Notes: generated by a model not told the origin, from the letters alone. A stretch of 64,000 bases of DNA from Octopus vulgaris (GCA_951406725.2 OX597825.1:39122001-39186000), one strand, 5' to 3'. Shown: positions 41,720 through 55,734, counted from the stretch's first letter. Numbers and translations: made by a program.

Positions 41720-42996
41720 CGAGGGAGGTTCAATAAGTAATGTCCCTGACCCACTAGCAGTTGTTTGATCTAGCTGAAATTTTGCAGGTGCAATTATGTA
41801 TTTCTCTTTAGATTAAGTGGCAAATTACAGCTCTGAACTAATTGTGGTTTCTGATTTACTGGTGTTTGAACTGAGTCAAGTGTGAAATGGAGCCTGTTGA
41901 GTGTCGAGCAGTGATCCGGTTTTCGTATTTGAAAGGACGCACACCACGGGAGAGTTTTGATGAAATGAAAGTAACTTATGGTGATGATGCCCCAACATAT
42001 GACCTTGTAAAACGCTGGCATCGTGAATTCAAACATGGTCGGAACTCTGTGGAAACGGCTCCCAGATCTGGTCGCCCCCTTCTGCCATTGATGAGACATC
42101 TGTCCGTCAAGTTGAGGCTGCCATTTTGGAAGATCGACGCATAACTATTCGCCAAATAGCCCATGAGGTCAACATTAGAACCGGGTCTGTGGAAACTATC
42201 ATTCATGAACATTTGCATATGCAAAAGGTGTCTGCCAGATGGATTCCCAGGCTGCTCACACATTTCCAGAAGCAAGAACGCGTCGAGTGCTCGAGGATGA
42301 ATTTGGAGACGTGTCAAGAAGATGGGTCAAAATCTTTCAAAAGACTGATCAAACAGGATGAAACCTGCGTCCATCACTATGACCCAGAGACCAAAGCCCA
42401 GTCAATGCAGTGGAAGCACCGTAACTCACCTCCTCCAAAGAAGGCAAGAGTGCAGCCCTCCGCTGGCAAGGTCATGCTCACAGTCTTCTGGGACCAGGAC
42501 GGAGTAGTGATGACAGATTTCCTGGAATTACAGGAACTTATTATGCTTCACTTTTCAGGAACTTAAGAGAAGCTATCAAAATCAAGCGGTGGGGCAAGAT
42601 CAGCAAAGGCATCCTCCTATGCAGGAAAACGCTCCGGTCCACAACTCGCTTGTTGCCAGATCAGAAGCACAGGCGTGCGGCTATGAACTCCTCCCCCCTC
42701 CCCCTACTCTCCTGACCTAGCAACCTCTGATTTTCACCTCTTCCAAGTCATGAAGTTGTTTTTGAAAGGAAAGCGTTTCCTAGATGATGCAGCCTTGATT
42801 TCTGAAGTCACGTCGTGGTTGGAGGACCAAGCTGGTGTCTTCTGCAAAAACGGTCTCCGGAGCTGCATTAAACGATGGGAGAAATGCGTAACTCAGGGTC
42901 GTTCCTATTTAGAAAAAGACTAATAACTGTGCCAAGTTTCGTTGCTCTACTGCTATGGGAAGTGGGTCAGGGGCATTACTTATTGAACGCCCCTCG
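41720..42996 (+). mobile_element. Full-length mariner transposon (1277 bp), TA TSD
   Basis: TIR cgagggaggttcaataagtaatgtccctgacccact / agtgggtcaggggcattacttattgaacgcccctcg, TA on both sides. Confidence 0.95.
41887..42923 (+). pseudogene. Mariner transposase, frameshifted
   Basis: HTH with PRSGRP, WIPRLL, QDETCVH (GDETW), QENAPVH (DNA motif mutated), YSPDLATSDFHLF, ends YLEKD*. Confidence 0.92.
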
Positions 42997-43129
42997 TACA
43001 GTGACGTTGTATCTTCTGTGGAAATTGTTAATTATCATACATTAGGTGTGTGAAATCTATTCCTACTTACTGTTCTACACATTTTGACCAAAATTCACTA
43101 CATCAGAAACTATTCTGATTCGACTCCTG

Positions 43130-43275
43130 CGGAGACCAGGATACGGAATATCCAAGTTTGCATGTGCGGACGACATCAGCGCAATAACGTCGGACACAAA
43201 ACACTGAATTGATCGGCACTACCCCGAAGAAATACTAGGTGGAGAAATGAACTAAATTTAATCCAGAAAAGACTC
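43130..43275 (+). pseudogene. LINE RT fragment (YADD region, L1/Tx1-like)
   Basis: GYGISKFACADDISAI followed, after a frameshift, by NPEKT. Confidence 0.45.
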
Positions 43276-43859
43276 ACTTCAAGGTGTAATATATCAGTGC
43301 AAAAACTGATAAAATGTAAAAGACGAAAAAATGATGGTGATTTTGTGTTACTGGGAAAGCAACAATTAATTATAAAACAATTTACAGGACAAATTGCCCT
43401 GTAAATTACAAATTACAGGACGCATTATCGTACAAATTCCTGGACAATATCTGGTATTCACTGATGCAAGCAGAAGCTCAATAGTTCAGACAAAGCAGAG
43501 GCTGAATTTGTGAGATATTTTTCCGCCTATACAACTATCCCAAATACGAGTGTAACAGAGATAATAATTTTAGTTTCATAAAATATTTTATTTTGTAGGA
43601 AAACTTTTGATACCAACATCAACTGCGTATGACCGAGAAACTATCATCAATTTAATGCTTTTTTGTAACGAAAAGAAAACATCAAAATATATATTTTTTC
43701 AATAAACTGTAGATGAATGTTCTATTTTAATGCTTTTCACATCAGTCAAATGTAGTGTGGACATCATTCCTCATGTTGACGTCGCCATGTTGTGAACCTC
43801 ATATCCACATCTACGCAAATATTAAACGATATATTTTATATATAATTTATATATTCATT

Positions 43860-44160
43860 TGCCTAGTGGTTAGGATGCTGCACTTACGACTGCCAGATCG
43901 TAGCATCGTTTCAGGGACAAACCGATGTTTTGTATTCTTGAGAAAAACACTTCAATTCACGTTGCTCCAATGCACTTAGCTGTAAATGGGTAACACAGCG
44001 ACTTAGCTGTAAATGGGTAACACAATCCTTCTGATTGAAAGTTGGCCTGATCGGCTAACGGTTGGAGTAACATGGTTCGAAAGCTAACACCATGTGGAAC
44101 GCATAGTGACCAGCGATGTATAACAACATCGAATAGTCTGGTCGATCACGAGATCACGTA
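43860..44160 (+). mobile_element. tRNA-derived SINE with internal 27-bp duplication
   Basis: gcctagtggttagg A-box; ttcacgttgctcca; acttagctgtaaatgggtaacac twice. Confidence 0.7.
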
Positions 44161-45032
44161 ATAAAAGTGATAACTATATCATAAGGACGAAAACTAACGA
44201 GGAATTAGAAATGTGCTGACTCGTGTGCCAATTTTCCCTTTGTTTATTTGTTGTGTTACAGTTTAAATTTTGAAACACATTGATGTAACGTACCGCGCCC
44301 TTTATATTTTAACTATTCAGTTGTATAATATCCGTACGACGAATTTTACTACCTTTTCGCCTCCCTTTTGCCAACTTTCCACTCCGCTGCTTTCTGTTTC
44401 TCTGACCTCGAACGCTTTTCCTGTTTTGCTTCACTGCTAACGCGATCAGTCACGTCTCTCTCGCTTTCTCTAGTTTCAAGTTAGTTATCTCTTTTGCGCG
44501 TTCGCTGTTTTTTCACCTTCCGTTCTGGTTGTATATTTGTTCACTTTTATGCTTCCATACATTATAGGACATTTTTCGTTTCTTTTCGTTTCACGTATTC
44601 GTTTCGTCTTACCCGTGCAGGGATTTCTTTGGTTTGTATTTTGTATATAATTTTATTTTCTGTGTATATTCACTTTTGTGTCGCATTTCTTTACTTCTCT
44701 GCCCCTAACCGTTTTTGCTATTCTCAGCAACTTCTTGCTGCTGACGTCACTAAAGGTGAAAAATAGTATCTTTAAAAATGTAAAATTATAAGAATCTTTT
44801 GGACGATAACTGACGTGGAATTAGCATCGTGCCGTCCCGTGTGCAGATTTTCCGATTCTTCATTTGTGGTGTTACTGCTTGAATTTCAACACGCACACAA
44901 TCACGACACACTCACACATACACACAAACATATATATATATATATATATATATGAATTTGATAACAGACACCAAGGACAGACATTTCAAGTTATATATGT
45001 GATTATTATTAAAAAGTGTTAATCAGTTTAAT

Positions 45033-45090
45033 GGCTTACAGCTGTTTCTGGCATATTCCCAAAACTTGTGGAATATCCCATCATTAAAAT
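45033..45090 (-). ncRNA. Degenerate hammerhead motif
   Basis: TTAATGA-TGGGATATTCC...GGGAATATGCCA-GAAA-CAGCTGTA; core CTGA mutated and stem I lost. Confidence 0.45.
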
Positions 45091-45618
45091 GTATAGATTA
45101 CGGAAACAGTGGAGTAAAGTACTGGATAGATAAAGAACTAGAGATAAAGAAAACAGAAAAAAGGAAAAATATATAAAAATCCACGTACATAAAATTTGAG
45201 GTACCAACACTCTCAGAAACTTAAGCTGCGAACATTTATATATATATGTATGATACAAACATACACACACACACAAACAAACACACACACACACTTATAT
45301 ATATATATAACAAGCTAAGTAGCTAGTTTGAAAATCTCTGTAACAGATGAAAGTAGTAATTATACTGAGAAGCAATGTTTAACGCCACATCAATATGGCT
45401 ACGTCATAGGAACCGCGCATGGAGGCTCTTCCCGCTGGTTATCGATGCAGTCTGCACCTGTTATTTATTGCAATCAGGGGAACAGACCCTGCTTGTAACA
45501 TATATCGAATGCAGACAGCGTCGATAATCTGCTGGAAGAGGGTCGTTCTGAGATTTAAAAAAATGGTCGTAAAGTCAAGTACTATGCAACAGAGATATTG
45601 ATGCGTTGATAACGATTA

Positions 45619-45690
<72 letters not shown>

Positions 45691-45767
45691 TAAGTATATA
45701 TATATATGTGTGCGTATATATATGTATATATATACTTTATTTAAAGCAGCAGAAAATTCAACACAAT

Positions 45768-45805
45768 CTGTTACTCTGAATTTCTCGTTGCCGTTCATCA
45801 GACAG
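45768..45805 (-). ncRNA. Minimal hammerhead ribozyme candidate (left arm)
   Basis: CTGT-CTGATGA-ACGGCAACGA-GAAA-TTCAGAGTA-ACAG. Confidence 0.6.
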
Positions 45806-45821
45806 TTTTTGCTAGCAAAAA

Positions 45822-45859
45822 CTGTCTGATGAACGGCAACGAGAAACTCAGTGTAACAG
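45822..45859 (+). ncRNA. Minimal hammerhead ribozyme candidate (right arm)
   Basis: CTGT-CTGATGA-ACGGCAACGA-GAAA-CTCAGTGTA-ACAG; GTA cleavage triplet, stem I CTGT/ACAG. Confidence 0.65.
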
Positions 45860-46015
45860 ATTTTGTTGAATTTTCTGCTGCTTTAAATAAAGCATATTAC
45901 TCTACCACTGGTATTTGAGTACTCTTTTTTCCACCTTGTTTCACATTTATGTGTTTACTCCGGTATGTATATATATATATACATATATATACACACACAT
46001 ATATATATATATATA

Positions 46016-46109
<94 letters not shown>

Positions 46110-47628
46110 GTGTGTGTGTGTATACATAAATACGTCTTTCATACATCGCATGCGTATATATGTGTATGCTTGTGTGGATTATTGTACCACTTATGTAGCG
46201 ACGTAGCCACTAAAATCTCTCAATCTCTAGTTTTTTTCCAAGTACTTTCTTTGAGTTAGAAACTTGCTATAATATGTACCATTTTCTAGAAAGACTGCAG
46301 TTTCAAGAAATCGCTTTCCCTTATATTCACTTCCCATGCTTCCAATATATTGGAACCATAATGACCGATGAATTGATGCCTCACATTAAATCTCTTTCGC
46401 CTAATCTACCCTAAATACTATTTCCGTAAAACTATATGTACCTTAACGGTTGTCTTTCTTATTGGATATATCGTCTCTTAGCAAGTTGTCTGCTTCGTAA
46501 CAACAACAATCTATGAACGAGCTCCGAAAGCAATTCTACAATTCTAGCTACCCTCCATTTTGTACTTGAAACTCTTGCTGATGCGCAGTCTCGTGCTGAA
46601 AGCAAATTGTTTGCCATTGGTTCTTAGACAAACATTATATAGAAAATTGATCTAAATGAAAACTTGTTAATTTGTAAACCAAACTTTAGTTTCAGAATGA
46701 GGAAGTTGTGATAAATTCACCACATATTTCCGATTGGTTTGAAATATACGAAAAGTATTTCAATAAGAATATTGTAACGAACAGCTTAGGATTTTCGTAG
46801 GCTAAAGGCATCGTAATCTAAAGGCATATAATTGATTTCATGGACAAAACTCTCTAAAGAGACCTACAATTTGAGTATATCAATTTATGTATTATATCTA
46901 GAACAAAATAATATGTAGATCTTCCCTTACGTTTAAAAACATAATATGAGTCGACGCATTTCAGAAGTAACTTGCCAAAATTTTGTGTCTCAACATATGG
47001 TTAGGATGAACGAATGATACCCATAAGCCCTGTCAAAAGAAAAACGAAATCTTTCTGACAACAGCTAACTAGGTTTATGGCCTCTGCTCCTCTTACATGG
47101 GATGACCTAATGTGGTTTTAATTGGAATGTAATGACTGTAAATTAATATATTAAAAGCAAATTTTTTCGATATGTAACGCGCGTGCATGTATGTACATTT
47201 TCATACAAGGAGATATGCAGATAGATATACAATTGCAACAGTATAATTCAGAGATTCACAGAAAAAATCATTATCCAGTTAGATTTCAATAAGGTGGTTT
47301 ATCTACCACTGCATTCAATAGTGTATACAGACAATATGTATGATAAAATTACGATAAGTATAAAAATTGATTCCAACGTACGTTAAACAGCTGTAGTTAT
47401 TTGGAAATTACCACTTGATGCCAAAGTGCGTTTGGCGGTCTAAGGGCAATGCATCACCTAGCAAATGCTTTATTGCATTCCGTTACAGAGTTAAAGAGAT
47501 TTATATTAGGTCTTTATAAGGGAATGCTATAAAATATCCCTTACTGATCGATTGCTTTTAAGCATATAACTACACTTCTTTCCGTATGTTTGTATGCGAG
47601 TGTTTATATATATGTACGTATGTATGTG

Positions 47629-47684
<56 letters not shown>

Positions 47685-48169
47685 GAGAGAGAGAGAGAGA
47701 GAGATACACACACATATGCATACATACATATATGCATAATATATACATACATAATTGAAGATGAGAAAATAATGGATACAGTAGGAATTTAAGAATTCAA
47801 AACTTGCAACAATAAATATGTAGATAATGGTGACTAAAGATGAGCTAGTTAACACTCCTCTCCAACATAGGTAATGATAAATTTGAAGCCAATGGGAAAT
47901 GAATGTAGAAATAACAATGATTGTAGTGATAACAAACACTGATAATATATTTCGAATTACAATTTTGATATGAATCAAAATGTTTCTTTTGAAGAATCAA
48001 TTTTCATTATAAAATCATTGCAGGATAGGGTGACTAATAAGCAATTATGTCATTCAACATGAATATATTCCTTTATAGTTTTCACTAACGCTAATTTTCT
48101 ATTCTGTTCAAAACTTACTTACAATTAGTTAGTTTGTATCTCCCACACTTTCTCTGTCAGTATGTATCA

Positions 48170-48200
<31 letters not shown>

Positions 48201-50960
48201 TGTGTGTGTGTATGTATGTATATATTTACACACAAACATGCAAACAAACACACATACACATATATACATGCACACCTATATATATATATTTATATGTATG
48301 TATGTATTTATGTATATATATATATACATATGTATATATATATATATATATATACTCATACATACAAACAGTATATAGATATATGCCTGTGTTTGTCATA
48401 TATATGTGTACACACACACGTACACACATACTTCTACACAGTCTACGTCTGTTGCAAAGTTTCAAGTAGCTGCACTTTTCATATAGATTCATTGTTCTGT
48501 AAGTCATATTTTTGTTAACAAGGTAACGTAACAGGATAGTAATAATTACTTTTTTAACACCGAATAGTACAAACAAATATGAAGGAATTTTGTCAGTTTT
48601 ATGCACATGTATACACATACGCATATGTGTATATATGTCCCTCTGTGACATATGAATGTGTAGGTCCTGAGATATATAGCTAAACATAGGTATTAACAAA
48701 ATATCACATAAGTAACTAATTTATACATGAGGCTATGAAAGTGTTCTCAATTACTGTTTTGTGTGACATATCAATTTTTGTCGCGCTAATACTTAGAAAA
48801 TTGGACTAAATCAACAACATGGGATCCATGTACGCACATTTATTCCATAATTATTGAGGAGGGAGCTGTATCATTTATTCTAAATTATCATCACTAAGCT
48901 TCATTCAAAATATACGCTTCAATTGGTGCATGTAAACAGTTGTTTTGTTGTCTAAACATTAAATTCGTTCCTCTTCTTCATGTAAATGATATTATTGGTC
49001 GTTATCGTGGAATTTAAAGAAGATTGGTTTAATAATTTTAGCGCGACAAGCGCGCAAATACTTGATTAAAAGTAATAGAAATCCGTGCTACTTTTGTCAA
49101 CAGAAAAGAAGTCGACAAGAACCATAGTGATGCAACGGCGGCCGGAGACGATGATGACTGTGATGACAACAACGATGTTGAGGAATGTGATGACATGGGA
49201 TGATGATTCGATGTTGATGATAATGATAGGGTTTGTGGTAGTTGCGATTCTATGGTTGTGAAAACCATCACAGTCACAAACTACAGTGGAATTTGTGATT
49301 GTAGACATCTCCCCTTCTCCCTCTGACTATTATATCTTTTTCTCTTCCCTAATCCTTTCTCCCCCTCTCTATTTATCTCTCCTTCTCTTTCGCACTGCCA
49401 TTCACAATATCTTAAGGCGTTTTTATCGTCTATAGTGAAACTATTGGTCATATTCACTTATTATGAGATTCACATTAAGGGGAAATTACAAATTGGTAAC
49501 AAATTAAGAAGAAATATCGGTGCATTTCTTTCAGGCGTATGACGGCAATAAATTCATAGTGAATATCGTCGTTTTTCAACCTTCATAATAGCTTTTTATC
49601 ATATTACAGATTTATGATTATCACTTTCTTTTCTTTGTTCATACTGAAATATTTCATTAAGCAGATCGCCTATTAGATATACTAATGGTTTCTCTACCAT
49701 GATTTATATTGGTTACACACACTGAACCAGCTTCACAGGCAAATATAAATATATTCTCTTTATTATTTGATATAAGTGTTCACATCTCTATACTTATTTT
49801 CGCGTCACCAGAGTATTAATCAGACAATGACTTAGAACTAACACGCTTGAAGCTATACTGACTTCATTACATTATTCGATAGCAAGAAGTATCTAATGAT
49901 TTCCCAATCTGCAATAAAGATTTAGGCATCTCTATAGGAATAAGAAAAATAATACAAGAATGAATCTTTATATCTCTGAACTAAATTATTTACAAGTACA
50001 CATTTCACGAAATTTAGATTTGTCTTTGATATAATTCGTCATATGAAGATGTTTTAACATCTTCATACTTCTTTACTCCAGAATCGCTACAAAGAATAGC
50101 GCGACCACGTTCCTTTTCAAAGCACGCAACAAAAAGGACCACCTTTTCAGAAGGGAGGCGTTCAAAGTCTCTTATTATAGCACCATAAGATCACTATTAA
50201 TACTGCAAACAGATTTCTGTCTGCTAGAAGTATAAAGAGGAATTTTTCAGTAAGGCAATCCCTACTTTCCTTTCCTCGCATCAATGTTGCTGACTCCGGA
50301 AAGGACATTAGTTGCTGCTTTTCTTTTTTTTTCGTAACCATATAACGTATGTCTTATTGGAAATGCAAAAATGATATATTTTAATTCATGAAAACATTTG
50401 CAGTCAAATGCAATAAATTTAAACATTGTCGAGCATGAAAGAGTATCAATTATCGGTTGAATAGACAATAATGAAATTATAGATGTTACCAAATTATTTA
50501 AATATAAAATATACCACAAAATCAGAGATATATAATTTCCTGAAGGCGATCTGTCAAACTATTGTCGTAATCACAATAACTTTATAACTCTCTACACTGA
50601 CTTGGAGGGAACTATATATATTACTGTGTAAAAATTGAGGGTTTCTTTGTTTTATCATTTAAGGATTATGCATTGCTTTCAAGTGAGACCCTGCTCATAT
50701 ATTTAGTTACATATGAAGCAGAAGCTGATAGCATTCGCATTCCACAACTACTTCGAAATTGAATTGCGTATGAAAAATAATATATTCATCTACTTCTCAC
50801 ATTAAACTTACGAATTGCTTAAGCATAAAAGGAGGAATTTGGCAATGTAAATGACCAGTGTTAATAATCAACAGTGAATAATGACTTAATATTTCAAGAA
50901 AAAGTTATTCTTTTACATTGTGTGACATGAAAAGCCACTTTCCAAGTTTTCCACCTATGT

Positions 50961-51000
<40 letters not shown>

Positions 51001-51102
51001 TAAGCACAGGCGCACAGGCGTAGCTCTAAGGAAAGAAACTTGCTTTCCAACATTATGCTTCCGGTTTCAGTCCAAGTACGTGACACCTTGGACAAATGTC
51101 TA

Positions 51103-51290
51103 ATTATTTCTTTCCTGCCCACAATTGTCTACACAGAGAGGAGACAAACAAGGACAGACAAAGATTAAGTCGGTTATATCGACCCCAGTGCGTAACTGGT
51201 GCTTATTTAATCGTACCCGAAAGGATAAAAGTCAAAGTTGACATCGGTGGAATATGAACTCAGAACGTAGCGGCAGACGAAACACCACTA
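51103..51290 (-). mobile_element. SINE family A copy (preceded by a family B head at 51007-51100)
   Basis: gaccccagtgcgtaactggt...gaactcagaacgtagcggcagac nearly identical to 4366-4462. Confidence 0.8.
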
Positions 51291-51295
51291 AGTAT

Positions 51296-51403
<108 letters not shown>

Positions 51404-52685
51404 CATCCAGGTTGACGATACAAAAATACAAGGACGGATAATTGGAAGCCTTTTATCTTCAGTCAAGAACCGGATCATCCTCGTAATTTCGGCTGATTAG
51501 TCTTGAGAGTGCTCCTATCTGGACATCCCCAAGGAAAAACTAAGCTAGGAGCATTAGGTTCCTTGGAAAAAAGCATCGAATATATACGAAAACAAGGACG
51601 GAATAACATACGATGTTACACGAATATAAATACAAAAGTACAATAAAAATACAATAATAATGATAACAAGACATAACAACAGGCGTCTTTCGACTAGGGT
51701 CGAATTGAATTCAGCTGGCGTGTGTGGAAATGAAGCCTTACGGCAGAGGGAAGAAGATCGATGTGGCAGTGACCGTGGTCAGACGCAAAAGAGCTAGCAG
51801 TCGGCCAATCAGTCACGTGCGAAGAGAAGAGAGGGAAAAAGAGGAACAAAAGAATTAAGGAGGGGAGAAAAGAGAGGGTGTGTAGAAGTAGATAGGCGGA
51901 AGAATCAAGGAGTGGCGAGAAAACAAGACAGAGACAGGGACATAGTGAAGTGAAAAGTGAGTAATAAAGACAAAGAATGTGAGAGAGAGAGAGGGGGGAG
52001 AAAGAGTTGATAATTCGTACAAAAGGAGTGGCAACGCTTGTAATTACATCAGATGAATTACACAGTGCAGGGAGTTTCAGCGCTTGATATAACATGCTTC
52101 AAATATTAAGAGATTTTTATTTCATTCCAAGTTCGATAGACGTGGTATTAAGGTGTGTTACTTATAGATTTATTATGTTTTGCTTATGAACGACTTCCGA
52201 ACTACAAGTCGCCACACTACAATAACGTGTGTGAACTACTAGCAACACAACATAATATCACCATCGTTTAACTTGGAGCGAAATGTAAATCGGATAATTT
52301 TTGAAGCATGTTACGTCACCTGATTAGGCTCTCTGTACTGTGTAATGCATCTGTTGTCATTACCTGTTGGGGAGCTATGCTGAAGGCAACCGAAACGATT
52401 GTTCTGCTAAATAAAAACTTCTAGTAGCGCTCTATCTTCCGTATCAATCATTTAAAATATACCCAATATGCATCTAGGAATTCTTGGCGTAGATCAAGCG
52501 ACGAAGGCTCAGTAAGGCGGATGAGGTCTGGTAGACATAAAGGGCGAATGTGGTCTGCAGGCGACATAGGTTACACGACATAGATTTTGGATACTGAAGT
52601 TTCACGTGTTACTTCTAAAGTTTTATTTTTTATTTAAATTACTATATATGTATACGTATATGTATATATATATATATATATATAC

Positions 52686-52813
<128 letters not shown>

Positions 52814-53096
52814 GTATATATATAAATATATATATATATAATCATTTGAGGGAATATTATTCCTAACTTACAGGGAAAAATTCAATTTAGAAATACTAAA
52901 TCAAATTTCACAAAATATAATATATATATATATATATAAATTAGAAAAAACACCTTTTATCAATTCAAAATGAACAATTAAATTACACCATCAAGAAAAT
53001 TACATATAATAGAAATATTAAAATTAAAATAACAACGATATAACGATGATTAAATAAAGTGCAAAATAATAATAAAAACGTATATATTTGGTGGAA

Positions 53097-53200
53097 TAAC
53101 GACAAGTGTTTCGTGGGTATATTGAAGAAATGATTATAGTAAAAAAATTAATAGTAGTAGTAAAATCACTTTGACATAAATATAGCCACTCATGATGTCA
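53097..53200 (-). ncRNA. Degenerate hammerhead motif with extended stem II
   Basis: TGAC-ATCATGA-GTGG...CCAC-GAAA-CACTT-GTC-GTTA. Confidence 0.45.
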
Positions 53201-53624
53201 AAAATATACTAGAATAATAAAATAATTAATTAATAAATATGCTTTAAAATATATATATAACATACTAAATATACATTAATTGAAAAATAGAAACAATACT
53301 TAAATTATTCAATATTTTAAAATTAATTAACATACACAATGCTAGTACAAGCCATTAATTTAGTATATATATATTACATAACTATAAGGGGGATGACCAA
53401 TAAGTGGACATCCATTATGCTAGAAGTAGACCCCCTATAGTCTTAGAACTACGAAAGGATGTTCTCAAGAAATGTAGCAAAATTACTTTCATTATATATA
53501 TATATATATATATATATAAGGACGCCACAAACAATAAACAACATAAAATACCAAAACAGTTGAGATGAGTACGCAAGCAACGATAGAGACAAATGTAAAA
53601 CTGGAAAACTAACATAAAGAACGT

Positions 53625-53696
53625 CCTTTCATCAGTTGTCGGCTGTCTATCTACGCCTCATTTCGAGCACTGAACGACAATATGAGTCTCGGAAGG
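53625..53696 (-). ncRNA. Permuted (type II-like) hammerhead candidate
   Basis: CCTTCC-GAGA-CTC-ATA-TTGTCG...CGACAA-CTGATGA-AAGG; stems I and II pair, GAAA mutated. Confidence 0.4.
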
Positions 53697-54147
53697 CAGT
53701 TGCTCCGAGAAATATCAAAATAAAATTTAGGATTTATGGAGGCTCAAAGTTGGGAACAAAATAGGACGGTGGAGACTGACAAAGTAACAGAGCGTAGACA
53801 AACGTGGAGGATCATTAGACCAGAACAGGGGTAAAATAGCGAACGTTGGAGAAATGTTTTTGTTGAAAAGAAAAAATATAAAATAGAGGGATAGATGGCA
53901 TACGTTCAGGCTCTAGGACAAGCCTGAAAGAAAAGGAAGATGGTCCCATGATGTGAAGAAAGATGACTGATAATCACGCGTGAGCAATGAGAGAGTAAAT
54001 GAGAAAGAGGGAGAGAGAGAGGAAGATAGATAAAGGTGGAGGGGAACAAAAAGGAATTAGAGGAAAGATGTGACAGAAAACGATAGGGGAAGAGAACAGT
54101 AGAGAGTAGATTTGCATCAAAATGATACACTTACTTGGAAATGGATG

Positions 54148-54211
<64 letters not shown>

Positions 54212-54244
54212 GTGTGTGTGTATCTCACTGTGTATGTATGTAAT

Positions 54245-54442
54245 TGTGTGCCTTTGTTTGTCTCCCACGATCGCTTCACAACCTCTGGTGGTGTTTTTAT
54301 CCACCTGTAACGTAGCGTTTCGGCAAAATACAACGATAGAATAAGTACTAGACTGAGACAGAATAAGTCCTGGCATCGATGCGTTCGACAAAAGGCGATG
54401 CTCTAGCATGGCCGCAGTCAAATGACTGAAACAACTAAAATA
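54245..54442 (+). mobile_element. SINE family B 3' half
   Basis: gatagaataagtactag...gcatggccgcagtcaaatgactgaaacaa. Confidence 0.8.
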
Positions 54443-54504
54443 ATATATATGCATATGTGTGTGTATGTATTTAAACATTTTTTATTTGATTCTTTTATTA
54501 GTAT

Positions 54505-54695
54505 TTCTCCTTTGACTGCGGTCATGCTGGTGCAATACCTTAAGGTGATTTTGTCGAGCAAGTCGCACCTAGGAGTTATTCCTTCTTAGCTTAGTATTTA
54601 TTCTATCGGTCACTTTTGCGGAACCGCCAGGTCACGGGGTCTTAAACACATCAACGCCGGTTGTCAAGTGGTGATGGGAAGACAAACAAAGGCAC
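54505..54695 (-). mobile_element. SINE family B 3' half, inverted relative to its neighbour
   Basis: ttgactgcggtcatgctgg, ttattctatcggtc, gttgtcaagtggtgatggg. Confidence 0.75.
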
Positions 54696-55613
54696 ACACA
54701 CAAAGATACACAGACACAGACACACACAGACACACACAGACACACACAGACACACACCTCTTCCGTACAAAACAATGTTACTTATCTTTTTTAATCCAGG
54801 GGTACACCAACTCCAGCTGCTTAACGACACAGTACCAATATCCGGTAAATATTCCACGTAAGGTAGCGAATGCCTCCAATCCAACGGTGACAGGACGAGT
54901 AGACCAGAACTGTCTTCAGGCTCTTACCTTTCCTCAGTACTGGACTCCTGTCTGCTAGACATGGTAGTCATTCGTCCCAGTTTTGCATATATAAATGAAT
55001 AAGCGATATTCATCTTGCAAGAAACAAAGTAGCTAACTCTAAAATGTTTAGATGCAAGGGATGCAAGTAGTAATTCTGCCGTAAAATAATGATTGTTGCC
55101 ATTTCAACATGGCTGTACCGTACAAAACGTTGTTACTACTCTTTTTTTAAATCCGAAAAAACACCTCCTCCAGCTGATTGATGACACAATACCTGGAACA
55201 GCCATGTTCAAGTGAGAACAAGTATTTCTTTTCAGTAGAGTTACGACTTGCATCCCTTAGAGATTTTAAAACTACCTACTTTTCTAATATACATATATGT
55301 GTGCGTGTGAGTATGCACAGAGGGACAGATGTGTGTGGATACATATATATGTGTGCGTGCGTTTGTGTGTGTGTTTGTGTGTGTGTGTATGTGTGTGTGA
55401 GAGAGCTTGTGTATATATAAATATTATAGTGACGTTTGTATTTCTGATTTTAGGCTGTAAAATTGCGATTTAGCCACATTTTTGTTTTTTAAAATTCTCA
55501 CATTACCGTTTAGAAAATTATATATATATATATATATGTATATAATATATGTGTGTGTATGTTTATATATATATATGTGTGTGTGTGTCAGCTCTGAGCT
55601 GAAACAAGAAAAA

Positions 55614-55734
<121 letters not shown>

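Larger units (their letters stand above)
45735..45892. repeat. 158-bp spacerless palindrome in (TA)n
   Basis: 79-bp arms centred on gct|agc (45813/45814), three mismatches. Confidence 0.95.
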
